NCBI RefSeq assembly: GCF_001194135.2
Contig: NC_069001.1
Span: 25,468,837 to 25,514,287, forward strand
DNA length: 45,451 nt
Origin: Octopus bimaculoides
Lineage: Eukaryota
Direction: 5' to 3'
In this document: positions 25,364-38,400 of the stretch, one piece after another
Layout: every line of letters begins with the position of its first letter
Numbering within the stretch: the first letter of the stretch is position 1
Notes under the pieces: model-generated
The model's input: only the letters and a program-made list of their open reading frames with translations
What the model was told of the DNA's origin: nothing
Databases searched by the model: none
Made by a program: the position numbers and the translations under genes

Positions 25364-28300
25364 ACGTACAATATTATATTTAAAAACAGACGCAAATGGG
25401 GTTTGAATATAAAATATATATGTGTGTGCGTCTTATATATATATACATATATATATACATATATATATATATGCATTCTTGTATATACAGACAAACACTC
25501 ACACAAACATACATACATTATATATATATATACATATATNNNNNNNNNNNNNNNNNNNNNNNNNNNNNNNNNNNNNNNNNNNNNNNNNNNNNNNNNNNNN
25601 NNNNNNNNNNNNNNNNNNNNNNNNNNNNNNNNNNNNNNNNNNNNNNNNNNNNNNNNNNNNNNNNNNNNNNNNNNNATACAAAGTTTTAAATTTAAGAGAG
25701 AGATTTGACGCTAACATCCATTATTATTGTACAATAATAATGGATATTAGCGAGAAAACTCTCTTTTAAATTTAAAACTTTGGATATATAACCAAGGAGA
25801 ACGATCCCTAAGGAGTCTAATTTAGACTTTTTTGCGGTAAAATCTCTTGCTATATTGGTAAAGATGACATGTTTTTCTATGAACAATTATATATATATAT
25901 ATATATATACACAATATGTATATAATACATATATATACACATGTATCTCACTCTTACATATGTATGAGAGTACACCCATGTATATGTATATGTGTATGTA
26001 TTTGTTCGTGTGTGCATGTGTACATTGTGTGTGTGCGTGTGTGTGTGCGTTGGTACGTAAATACGTATTTATATCTGTATATTTGATACGATTCATTGTG
26101 TGTAACGGTTTACATTAATCGTTGTTACCTTACTTTCTTGGGAGACCTTAACACGCTATGATAACGCTGTTAATTCTGCGTAGTTCAACGTAACTCATAT
26201 TTACACTCACATCTACTTTCGAAGATTTATGCATTTCATTGAGGAACCTTATGGCAGAATACTTTCCAAAATACGTATACCATTTTCTTCAATTATTTTT
26301 TTAAAGCAGTAGCTCTACCCCACTACACTGTTCGAAATGTCAATAATTACACAGTTTAGGGGTTGATTTTACATATATTAGGCTACTTTTTCCAACAGGT
26401 TTTCCGACCACATATTGTTTCCTGTTATTTCACGTAATATTGTTGTCAATGCTGGTGTTTCGGTCTTGCAGTGGATGTTTTAGAAATTGAGGCCAAATTC
26501 TGTATTTCATTCTTCTACACTACCTAACAAAGACGGCAACTAACAACTTATATGAGAATATATCTTGTTCAAGTATTGTATGTAACATGACTGCAGTCAA
26601 GAGTGACGATATTTAACAAAACACAGAAAATATAATTCATTTCTTTCTTCAAAATTTTGAAACTATACATGTTCAGTGACCTCGTTGCTTTAGCCATCCA
26701 ATGTTAGAGGCAAATATCAGAGTGTGCTTTAAAATTTCGCTCACGAATAACTTCTCTCAGGGCTGGAAATTATTGCCCAATTTGTTGTGTATCGAAATAC
26801 ATACAGGCTTTGACATTTGTATTGTCCGAATTTCAATGAATATTTGATATCTAATTGAAAATTTGTAGCTCATGGCTAGTCACCGTCTGTATATTACTCA
26901 CCACAACAAATATAGTATATATGAGCAGCTTTATATCACCTAAAATGAAGTAACACGATCGCATGATAACGGTCAATAATAAGTCCATGGCAAATTTAGA
27001 CAACTTGGTGTTTTCTCATCTCTTTGTAACACTAGGTTTGTAGGTGCTTCACCTGCCGACTCTAGAGTTCTTTCCAATGGTCTTCAGTAAACTGTGGTTT
27101 CTTCTGTTCATGTTTCCAATTGATTTTGTTAGTTTTTCCATTTCATTCGTTCTTTATTTTGAGTAGTTTTTTTCATTTTCTCAAGACGATCAACTTAGAT
27201 CAATCTCCTTCTACCACAAAAGTAGCAACCCGGTTTTTGTCCTCAAATCTTTAATTGCACGTCCGTTGACTCGTCGCCTTCTATTAGCTGCAGTCCGTTC
27301 TAGCTTTATGAGCCTTTAAGTCTTGTTAGTCCAAGTGGAGGAGCCATGATCACATGTCACTTTGGAATGACTATTAACTAATCCCAAGGGCAGAGTTCAA
27401 TGATGCTGGCATCATCCTACCATCACCAGTATTCAGCGATGTCACTTTTCGTTCACTCCGTTTAACCATTCTCCCATACTGTGACACAATATCCCCAATC
27501 TCATTGACATTGTTTTGACCTCTTCTATTGGCCTGTTTAGCTTTGTGTTTTACAGATTCATTACGTTTCGCACATCCACTGCTGTTTCTTCTGAGCACGT
27601 CATATTTTGTAAAGTACGGACGAAATACCGCTAAGCATTTCGGCTGTCGTACTAACGATCCCGTCAGTTGTCAGCCTTAATAATAATATTAACTATGATT
27701 TCAAATATTGGCAGAAGGCCGGCAATTACAGGGAAGGGATTAAGTAGATGACATCAAACTTATTGTTCAACTGGTAACTATTTTATCGACCAGAAAAGGA
27801 TGAAAGTCGAAGTCGGTCTCGGCGGTTTCGGAACTTAGACCGGAGAGACAGATGGGAAGCTGCTAAGCATTTGTCCGGCGTGCTAACGATTTTGCCACCC
27901 CGAATAACAATATTATTATTTCCTTCATTCCACATAGGCGCTCAACAGTTTAGATATAAATATATGTTTCTTGGTGAATTTAAAAAGATATCTAATGAAG
28001 CAAAAGTTTCGAATGTTGAAGAGCGCTTAGAATACGTAATTCGATATTAAATTTTGGAAATTTTAAGATTTATTGCTAATTAAATAAGATATAAAAGTTT
28101 AGGATAAACACATTTATGAAAACAGGTTGCTCAAGCGTGTGACTATCTGATCAAGCAACACAGGTGCCATAAACAGTTATTTAAGCATTGTACGTCATCT
28201 TTTCATCTCTCTTACGAGTGACAGACACTTTTTCTATACGCAACGCATTTCGACCCTCAAACTCTGCCATTTATTGCAGCGTTTAACGTTTCTATTACTT

Positions 28301-31300
28301 AAGCCTTCTCTGGTGTTAGTCAATGAATAAATTTTACTTCAATGTTTATATCAACATCATTTTCTGTCTTGGATGCTAAGCTTTACGGCCTTGCTCCATT
28401 CAAATTCTAAAGGTCGATAAAATAAGTACTCATTGAACACTATGGTCGAGTTAATCGGCTTAATGTCGCCCATGAAATCGCTGGCCTGAGCCAAAATTTG
28501 AAACCGATATTGCGTAGTTATAGGAAATATATGACCAACGTAGAATTTATTTCTACAGAAATCAACGAAATTAAAAATTTAGGAAGAAATTCCCATACCT
28601 ATTCCAAGAAGAGTATTTCTAGGACGCTCATTTTCTAATTATTTCTTATATACTTGCCGTTGACACAGTTAGCTAGCGTTCTAACCAAGATTACTCTTGG
28701 AAAGAAGTTATGCGTTGCAGATAATTAACAAGTGATATCCTGCTTACCCACAAAACAAAGAATTGATGTAATGTCTGGCGCGGAAAACTGCACTAAAGCA
28801 ACCATGAAGACAGGAAATTTAATTAAATACATTAATACATTAACATCATATTACATAATGAATCAAAGATAAGATATTCAGACGCAACAGAGGCATGCTA
28901 CCACATATGAATTAATAAACTAGGTTGCACACTATCTTCTCAAAGAAAGTAAAGAATATATAAAGGAAGAAAATTACACATGCGTTCGATTAATTCATAA
29001 AATAGAATCAAATGCATAGGAATGAATAGAACCAACAATTAGATGTTATATAAGATACTGGAAGTACAAGATAATCCAACACATTTTATAACTGTAGGCA
29101 TTATCAAATAACTACAGAGAGGAGACAGAACAATCATACAGCAGAAAAGGTTTCAGAGATCATTCTCGGTAACATACCATTTAATATAGATATATTACAA
29201 AAAAAAATCTCTTCGATATAATTGTTAGAAAACACCAAGATGGGAAATCACGTAATCGATGTTTTAGATTCAAAGTATAACAATATATTTCTTAAAAACT
29301 TAGAAAATATACATAAAAGTAAAGATGTGGAAATGTTGATAACTACTAGGAAAGAATAGGAAAGAGAAACAATTCCAATAATAACGAGTACTCTGGCGTA
29401 GAAGATTAAGATATATCGTATAGATAGTATAGTGGAAAACGGTCAGGACGGGACAGGTTTCCAAATCAATGCTTCAACTTCAATGAACGACAATATATCT
29501 TGAAATGGAATGAAGAAGCTATAAAAAATAAAGTATCAAGAGCATTCATAACCGAATTCTGAGATTCGAAACAGACAGAATCTCTAGAATATTAAGTGCC
29601 TTGGAAATAATAATAGGAAAAAAACAGATGAATATGAAGATATAACAAAAAGGCCAAGATTTAAATTACCAGCTTAGAGAAAATAGCACGACTAGACACA
29701 ACTCATATATTACGTAGATATATAAAAAGTGTTATATTAATATGACATAGCTTAGAACATGCCAGTTCTCACTGACAGACAAATAAAGACTGCTGTTTTT
29801 GATCTTTTTTTAGTCATTTGTTATAACAGAACCATTAAACTCAAAATATTATTTAATACATAATGGAATCGCAGCGAATAGTGTAAAGTATATAAGCAAC
29901 AGTAGAGGAGAATATTATTCCTATATGTATTACTACATCTATATATATCGCTATACACCATACACACATATATATATACATTTACATATGTGTCTGTGTC
30001 TGTGTGTAAAGGGATACATAAACTGATCAAGAGATAGTTACAGGCATATATATATATATATATATATATATAAATGTATATGGCTATAAAGCGAAATAGA
30101 AATAAAATTTTGAAGTTAATAAGAAAATAAAGAAATATTGCAGTAAAAATAGATGCATCTGGAATAGTAAAAATAGGAACAGATTTTATATTAAGACGGG
30201 GTATGAAAATAAAAATAGTGTCTGTTAAAAATACATATCATGATTTGCATTAAAATGTGTGCAAATGGAAAATGTTTGCTTAAAAATAATATGGGCAAGT
30301 TTATATTCTTTTATTCTTGCGGTTGTTTAACACCCTGAAATTTGTCATGTCACAGAAGTTCATTATGGGACATAGTTGATTACAATGTAGGACACACTGT
30401 ATTCAAGTACAAAATATTTAGAATATTTACGAATAAATTGGCACAAGGTTATCATTTCTTTTATCTTTTAACTTCTTTGTGTTTTAGCCGTTGGATTGCG
30501 GCCATGTTAAGGCACCACCTTCAAGAAATTATAGTTCAATGAGTCGACTCCAGTTTCTTGTTTCTTCTTTGTAACCCTGGAACTTATTCTATCAACCATT
30601 TTGTCGAACTGCTAAGTTAGAGGCACTTAAATAAATCAACACTGCGGTCCAAGAAGTGGTGGTGGACAAGCACAACCTCAAAGACACACACACGAAAACT
30701 CACAGTCACAGACACACAGACATAGACACAGAGACAGACACACACACGCACGTTAGTGTTAACACGCCATCTAAAAGATAGCAAATTTTACATTGGATTG
30801 ATATAACGTCAAATTATATATCTATGCATAAGTATATTTGTTGGCACTCCGTCGCTTACAACGTCGAGGGTTCCAGTTGATCCGATCAACAGAACAGCCT
30901 GCTCGTGAAATTAACGTGTACCCTACCGTAGTTCTCGGGGATATTCAGCGTGACACAGTGTGACACAGTGTGACAAGGCTGAACCTTCGAATTACAGGCA
31001 CAACAGAAACAGGAAGTAAGAGTGAGAGAAAGTTGTGGTGAAAGAGTACAACAGGATTTGCAACCATCCCCTGCCGGAGCCTCGTAGAGCTTTAGGTGTT
31101 TTCGCTCAATAAACACTCACAACGCCCGGTCTGGGAATCGAAACTGCGATCCTATGACCGCGAGTCCGCTGCCTTAACCACTGGGCCATTGCGCCTCCAC
31201 TGCATAAGTATATAGATAACGTGCATATGGAAAGTATGCTGGCAACAGAGGCAACATGAATGATGTTCTGCCAACAATGATGGGGAATGTAAAACAGAGC

Positions 31301-32562
31301 TGTGACATGAAATGCAATTATGCTAAAATAATATAATTTTATTTCAATTTTATTTTATTTATTTTTATTAATAATGTATTTCATTATTTTTCTTATATAT
31401 TTGTAATCTTTAATTTTATCCTTATATCATTTAATTCATTATTATTATTATCATTAGAGGTGTTTAATAAAAATAAAAATATTAACGCATACACACAGGG
31501 ACAGAGACAATAAACACACTTTAATCTACTAAGTCTGTTGGAGTATTTCATCTAAAGAAAATATAAACTCTGTAATATCCACCGGAAGATCTTCCATCAA
31601 AGATACTCGTAATGCAAACTTCTATTACTATACAGGTTTTATAATTTGAATTTTGTGTGAAGTGAAAAAATTGTAGGTAATGTTCATTGATACTGACATT
31701 ATANNNNNNNNNNNNNNNNNNNNNNNNNNNNNNNNNNNNNNNNNNNNNNNNNNNNNNNNNNNNNNNNNNNNNNNNNNNNNNNNNNNNNNNNNNNNNNNNN
31801 NNNNNNNNNNNNNNNNNNNNNNNNNNNNNNNNATATACACACTTATATGTATGCTTATATGTATAATTATACATATTGTGGGAGAGAGACAGACAGAGAC
31901 AGATAGACATATACACACTTATAGGGAGAGAGAGATACAAAGAAAGAAAGTAAAAAGAAAGCGAGAAAAAGAGAATGGTGGTTTTAGATTTAACGTTTAA
32001 ATCAGTTGCATGTATAAATGTAGATTCATTACATCGAAGTAAATGATTCGAAAGCATACCAATCATAGTAACAGTTTTATAATATCAAAACATGAAAGTG
32101 TGAAATTAACAATATTCAATGCGATATTACATGCAATTCTAACTACAACAACGATAAGATCTATATGTCGGTACACTGATATCAGATGACCTGTTCAAAA
32201 TAGCAACAAAACATTCAATCAATCTACGCTAGTTGCTGGCGTGGTTCTCTTCACACCTTCAATCAAATACAGGAAAAATAGGGTAAGAGGAAAACTAAAT
32301 ATATAATACAGGAAGGAAAAAAATAAATGATGTCAAAATTAGAAAAGCAAATTAAAAGTATAAATATATTAGAAAACCCGAGGCCACATTTGTCTTCCAA
32401 GTGCTTATGCACGGGTTCAGAATTGAATAATTATTAGTTTATCAAATGGCAATGAAGTATGTGCTACTAATTAAAGCTATTCATACAAATGACAGCAATT
32501 AGGCTATTGAAATTGATATGCATACACACACATACATACACGAATGCACAAACACGCACGCA

Positions 32563-32628
<66 letters not shown>

Positions 32629-34548
32629 TCCACATACACCCACACTTTCACACGCACACACATATATATGACTTGAATATTCTTGGAGCAAGTAATCTAT
32701 AAAAATATTTCCTTCAAAAATATTCTATATATTTATGCATATGTATATTCATTTACACATCGTCCAGTTTCTTGCACATATATTCGTGTGATATGCGTGT
32801 GTGTGTATGTATGTGTGTGTGTGTTTTATGCTTGTATGTATGTGTTTGTGCCCCCAACATCGCTTGACAACCGAGGCTGGTGTGTTTAAATGCCCTTCGC
32901 CTAGCAGTGTGACAAAATAAACCGATAGACTGCGTACTCGGCTTGCAAATAAGACTTGAGATCGATTTGCCCGACTAAAGGCGGTGCTCCAGCATGGCCG
33001 CAGTCACACCACCGAAACGAGGAATTTATATATTCTCGTGAGTGGATTTGGTAGACGACGGAAACTCAAAGACGCCCGTCGGGTATATATATATATATAT
33101 ATATATATNNNNNNNNNNNNNNNNNNNNNNNNNNNNNNNNNNNNNNNNNNNNNNNNNNNNNNNNNNNNNNNNNNNNNNNNNNNNNNNNNNNNNNNNNNNN
33201 NNNNNNNNNNNNNNNNNNNNNNNNNNNNNNNNNNNNNNNNNNNNNNNNNNNNNNNNNNNNNNNNNNNNNNNNNNNNNNNNNNNNNNNNNNNNNNNNNNNN
33301 NNNNNNNNNNNNNNNNNNNNNNNNNNNNNNNNNNNNNNNNNNNNNNNNNNNNNNNNNNNNNNNNNNNNNNNNNNNNNNNNNNNNNNNNNNNNNNNNNNNN
33401 ATATAAGAAATACATCAAAGTTCACAAATACATAAGAAAATGTATGTAAAAAAATAAAATGCAACACAAAAAACACACAATATAAAAATTTACATACATT
33501 TTTTTTCTACTTATAACATACAAATAAATCAAATTTGAGTTAAAAATATAACACAGTATATATATATATATATATATCTTTTTATAATTTCAATTCGAAT
33601 AAAATTAAGCGATTAAAAAAATAGACAAATAAAGCAAAATAGAATAAGATAAAATGAAGTAAAATAAAATACTATAATAGTCCATCGGCTAAAATACTAT
33701 ATCTGATGACTTTAAATAATTTAACATCATTTAAAGTTATATTAGAAAGTCCTGTACTAACCTCAAGATACACATAATAACAGCAGACTTCCATAGGTAA
33801 AATCCGTCACTGCTCCCCAAACTTACAAAAGTTCATAAAAACCACTGGCCAAAACACACACAAGCACCTATGGCCATTTCAAGCGTTCACCACCGTAGTC
33901 CATACACGTCACAGTGCAATCCGGTGAGGACACCCTCCTGAGGGTAACAATTACAAACAAACATCAGGACATGCCAAAGAAATTATTTTTTGTTATATGA
34001 CAGGCTTATATAGTCAAGAGGGAAAAACTAGTCTACGTCATGAATAAAAAAAAATTCATATTAGCTGTAGTAACAAATGTAATCCTCCAGGTTTCAAATC
34101 ACCCTAACGCAGACAAATAATCTTATTTATATTTCTATTTTCTATTTTTATTTTTATATACCTTCAAGAAAGTGGAGGAAAACCTATGAATGCAGAAGGG
34201 GATTACTTCAGTGAATTTATGGCCATAGGTGCTAGTGTGTGTTTTGACCTGTGATTTTGACCACTGGTTTCTATAAACTTTTGTAAGTTTGGTGAGCAGA
34301 GACGGATTTTATCTATGGAAGTCGGCTGTTATTACGTGTACCTTGAGGGAAGTACAGGACTTTCTAATATAACTTTAAATGATGTTAAATTATTTTAAAG
34401 TTGTGTCATCAGATATAGTGTTTTAGCCGATGGACTATTATAGTATTTTATTTTACTTCATTTTATCCTATTCTATTTTGCTTTATTTGTCTATTTTGAA
34501 TTTTTAATCGCTTACTTTATCAGAATGTAAATTATAAAAAGATGTGTG

Positions 34549-34582
<34 letters not shown>

Positions 34583-34585
34583 TAC

Positions 34586-34630
<45 letters not shown>

Positions 34631-35359
34631 CTAGGTTTACAAAGAATAAGTCCTGACGGTGATTTGTTCGACAGAAAGCGTTGCTCCATCAATGTCGCAG
34701 TCAAGTGAATGGAACAAATTGAAAAAAAACGAAGATTATATACAGTAAACAAATTTTCGTGTTTCTAACGTAGTATAGGCGCCGAAACAGTCGAACGATT
34801 AAGTATTTTTACTTTAGAAGTCGGAAAACGTTGTCAGCATTCCAAAAGCCATAATATTTAGTATTTAATTGAACAGTGATTGTCATCAACGGCCTAGGTT
34901 CTGAGGGCTGTGGGTTTGAGTCCCGTGGCTGCTGACAAAATTTTACCGTCATATAAGGGTGAAATCCCCAATCTATCTTCTTTTTTACACAGCTAATTTC
35001 ACACATCTGTTGGTGTGTATGTGTTTAAATGTACGTTTGTTCAGATACATGTGTATATATAAGTACGTTTCGGTGGTGTGCGTGTTTGTTTGTGTGTGTG
35101 TGTGAGTGCGGACGTATAAATAGATATATTTCCACCAACACATCTAACTATATTTTGGTCATAAATATTTTTCATATACATCTGTACGCGTCTTCTCATT
35201 GCTTATGCCATTTCCTATACAAGCACAAATATCAATCTGAATAAACCCATAAGGTTTTATCCAGGCTCTCAAATTTGAGTGCACTGCATCCTATAGCAGA
35301 AACAGCCGTAATGTAATCAAATTTATAAGATAAACACATTCCTTTGTCATCTCTCTTTG

Positions 35360-35402
<43 letters not shown>

Positions 35403-38400
35403 CTCTATTAATGATAATTATTCAATTGTTAGACTCTAATCTCAAATTAAAGAATCTATTTATTAAATTTCATTGATCTAATTGTACTCAACATGTTTTT
35501 TTACAATTGCAACCAACGGTAATTCAACTAATTAATTATTCTTTTACGTACTAAGCATTACAGATTATAAAATCGAGTATAGCTTCTGCATTCAAACTGC
35601 AAATTAATTACATTTGCAATTTTTCTTTCTGAGATTTTATATTGCCGATTTAAATTAATATTTCATCATTTACCCTATAAGAATTTATATTCCAATCTCT
35701 TTTTCCATTTCTTCACATTTTCACAGTCTCTTTTAATTTAGTATATTAGGATTCCTTTGCGTTATTTGTTTAAATTTTATGTTGCTTTCAAAATCTATCA
35801 GCTTCTGTCAAGTAATTTAAACACATGCTTGAAATAAAAACTAATTTTTGTTTTTCTTAATATCTTTCACTGTTATTTTTAAACAAGTATTATTTTCATA
35901 ACTTCAAACTTTCTCTCTGTTTCAAATATAAATACGAAACTATATGTAATTTACATACATTTATGATATGGAATAATAATGAATCAAATAAATCTACATT
36001 CAGAAATGCAGGTTGTATATTCATCTCTTTATGTTCTAACTTTTTACAAGCCCAAGGTATATTTTCATTCTATTCATATTAGTAACATTTTAATCTCTGA
36101 TTCATATATTGTAATCCGTATTAATGCATTCATATAATCATTTCTGTTTAATGTTATATCTCTCTGTTTACGTTTTTATTTAATATAAGCATCTACGTTA
36201 GTGGGTTTTTTTCTGTCATTGAATGATTTAACCAGCTCAAAGTAGCAGCTAGTGATACACATACACTATTACTTTTGATAATTTACATTGCTACAAAATG
36301 AATGTTCATTCTACAAATGGTTCATATATAAAGATTTAAAATCATAATATTAATAAGAAAACCACTTTTGTTAATCGAATTTTAAAAAGTACCTGAGATA
36401 TTTTGTCTCAATAATTCTCTTAAAATTTCTGTAAAATTTTATTTTTTCAAAATTTATTAGAATGAAATTTCTTACCACGTAGCTGTATTGCAGTCATTAG
36501 TAGACATTATGTTAAGAAAACCACACGCATCTCAGTCTACGCTGTACAATAAAATTCAGTCATAAGAATATTTACAATAGGAACACACTCTTCGATTATA
36601 AATTACCTATGAAGTTTTAAACGTATAAATCATATCGAAAACATCTTTACATAAATATTTTATGTAGGTTTGTAATGCTAGGATAGAATTATTTGAGAAA
36701 AAAAAACAAAAACAGTTGTGTCTCTTGCTTTAGATTTATTCATTTCATTTTCATTAAATTTTAAATTATATGGATTTTTATTTGTCACCATCTTAGAACT
36801 TTGTTGTCTTCTCACAAATATTGACGTCAATCATCACAAAGTACAAGCCATAGATTTTATTCATTTGAGTTGAAAGTGGAATTAAAATACTGACTTTGTA
36901 GATGTCGTATTAAAATGAATAAGTTTTTTTTATTTTTATTTTCATAACTGTGAATTTTTATGATTCTGTGATAAATTAAATGAAAATTTATATATAAATT
37001 GTAAAACAAATTCTTTATACATTGTGCAATATGAATACTACTGCTTAAGAGTAATTCTCGAACACCAAATTTTCCAATATTGCTTTTTATTTTAATGATA
37101 ACGGTTATAAACGAAAAGTTTCATATGGAAGCTTCGTTTGATAAACACCATAGAACTTTTGAAAATATAAAATACTATGTCAAGCTTTTTCATTTCACCT
37201 GGATTACTCAAAGATAACATTCGCATATTATTCGACACACGAGAAACGGTATATTGTACGAAACCATATACCACCCACTCATATTATTTTCATTGTCTAC
37301 TTTCAGTAGACTACTACACCGACTTATAACTTTCAGGATCTAACTATCTATCTATCTATCTGTGTGTATGTATGCATGTAATTAGGTAGGTAAGTAGGTA
37401 TATATATGTAGGTGAGTGTATATTTACATTTATAAGGCGGTGCCCAAGCATGACCACGATCTAATGACTTATAGGAGTAACAGGTAATATATGTGTGTGT
37501 GTGTGTGCGTGCGTCTGTGTTTGAGTGTAAATATTTGTATGTGTATTTGCGTGTTTGCTTGTGTGTGACTGTGCGTATGGCTGAATATATATATGTTTGT
37601 ATGTATGTATGTAATGTATATATATACATGTGTGTGTGTGTGTGTGTGTAGATGCACACACAGACACATTCATAAACATATAAATATAAGCTGGTATCAA
37701 CATCCAAAATAATCATTTCTCGTGAAAATAAATTTTTTAAAAAAATTATGTAATTAAGTAGACTCTTTTCAATGGAAGATATCTAGGTTCGTTTCACATC
37801 GAGTGCTCCGGTTTATCAACAAGTTTAGTAGACGTTTTCTTGTCGAAGACAGGTTTGAAACCAAATAAATGAAGAGAACCATTGGGGAATTATTTACAGC
37901 AGCTGAGAGCGGAACTATTTGGTTGTGGTTGACAAAAGGCAACGGAAAATTTCTCATGGGCAAATCTATTCCAGACCTTAGTGCTCCACTATGTGGAAGG
38001 GTACAGGATAAGGGAAAACAAAACAATTGAGACTCTGAAATACGTGCTGAACATTCAGAATGGACGTAGAAGTTGTGTTAACTTGGATTTGAGTAAATAC
38101 TATTCATGTAGACGGCACGCCTGGGAATCATTAGTTCCATTCTATTGGTTTAAACTTTAAGAGAAGAGTATTAGACAGTGTTGAATATAAATGAATACTG
38201 CAACCTTTACCGTAAGAAAAGAAAATTCATATTTTCTTCCAACAATAATATATTCGTCAGTGAACGTAGGAACCAGCTTGAAAACTAGCGTCTAAATTCT
38301 CTTCGACATTTTGAAACCGCTTCTTGCGTTGATTTAAATCTATTGTACTTACCAACTTCATCTTTCCTTTTGAGACGTTCAATTATTAAGACGTCAATCT

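Noticed and set aside
28800-29700. A-rich decayed ORF-like tract (possible LINE/PLE remnant)
   Set aside because: Multiple stops and no diagnostic motif that I can recognise.
33695-33765. Active hammerhead in the fold-back arms
   Set aside because: CTGATGA and GAAA are present, but GAAA does not abut stem II and no NUH site or stem I can form.
36476-36540. Strong minus donor TG|gtaaga
   Set aside because: No acceptor gives an exon that fits the phase of the chain.
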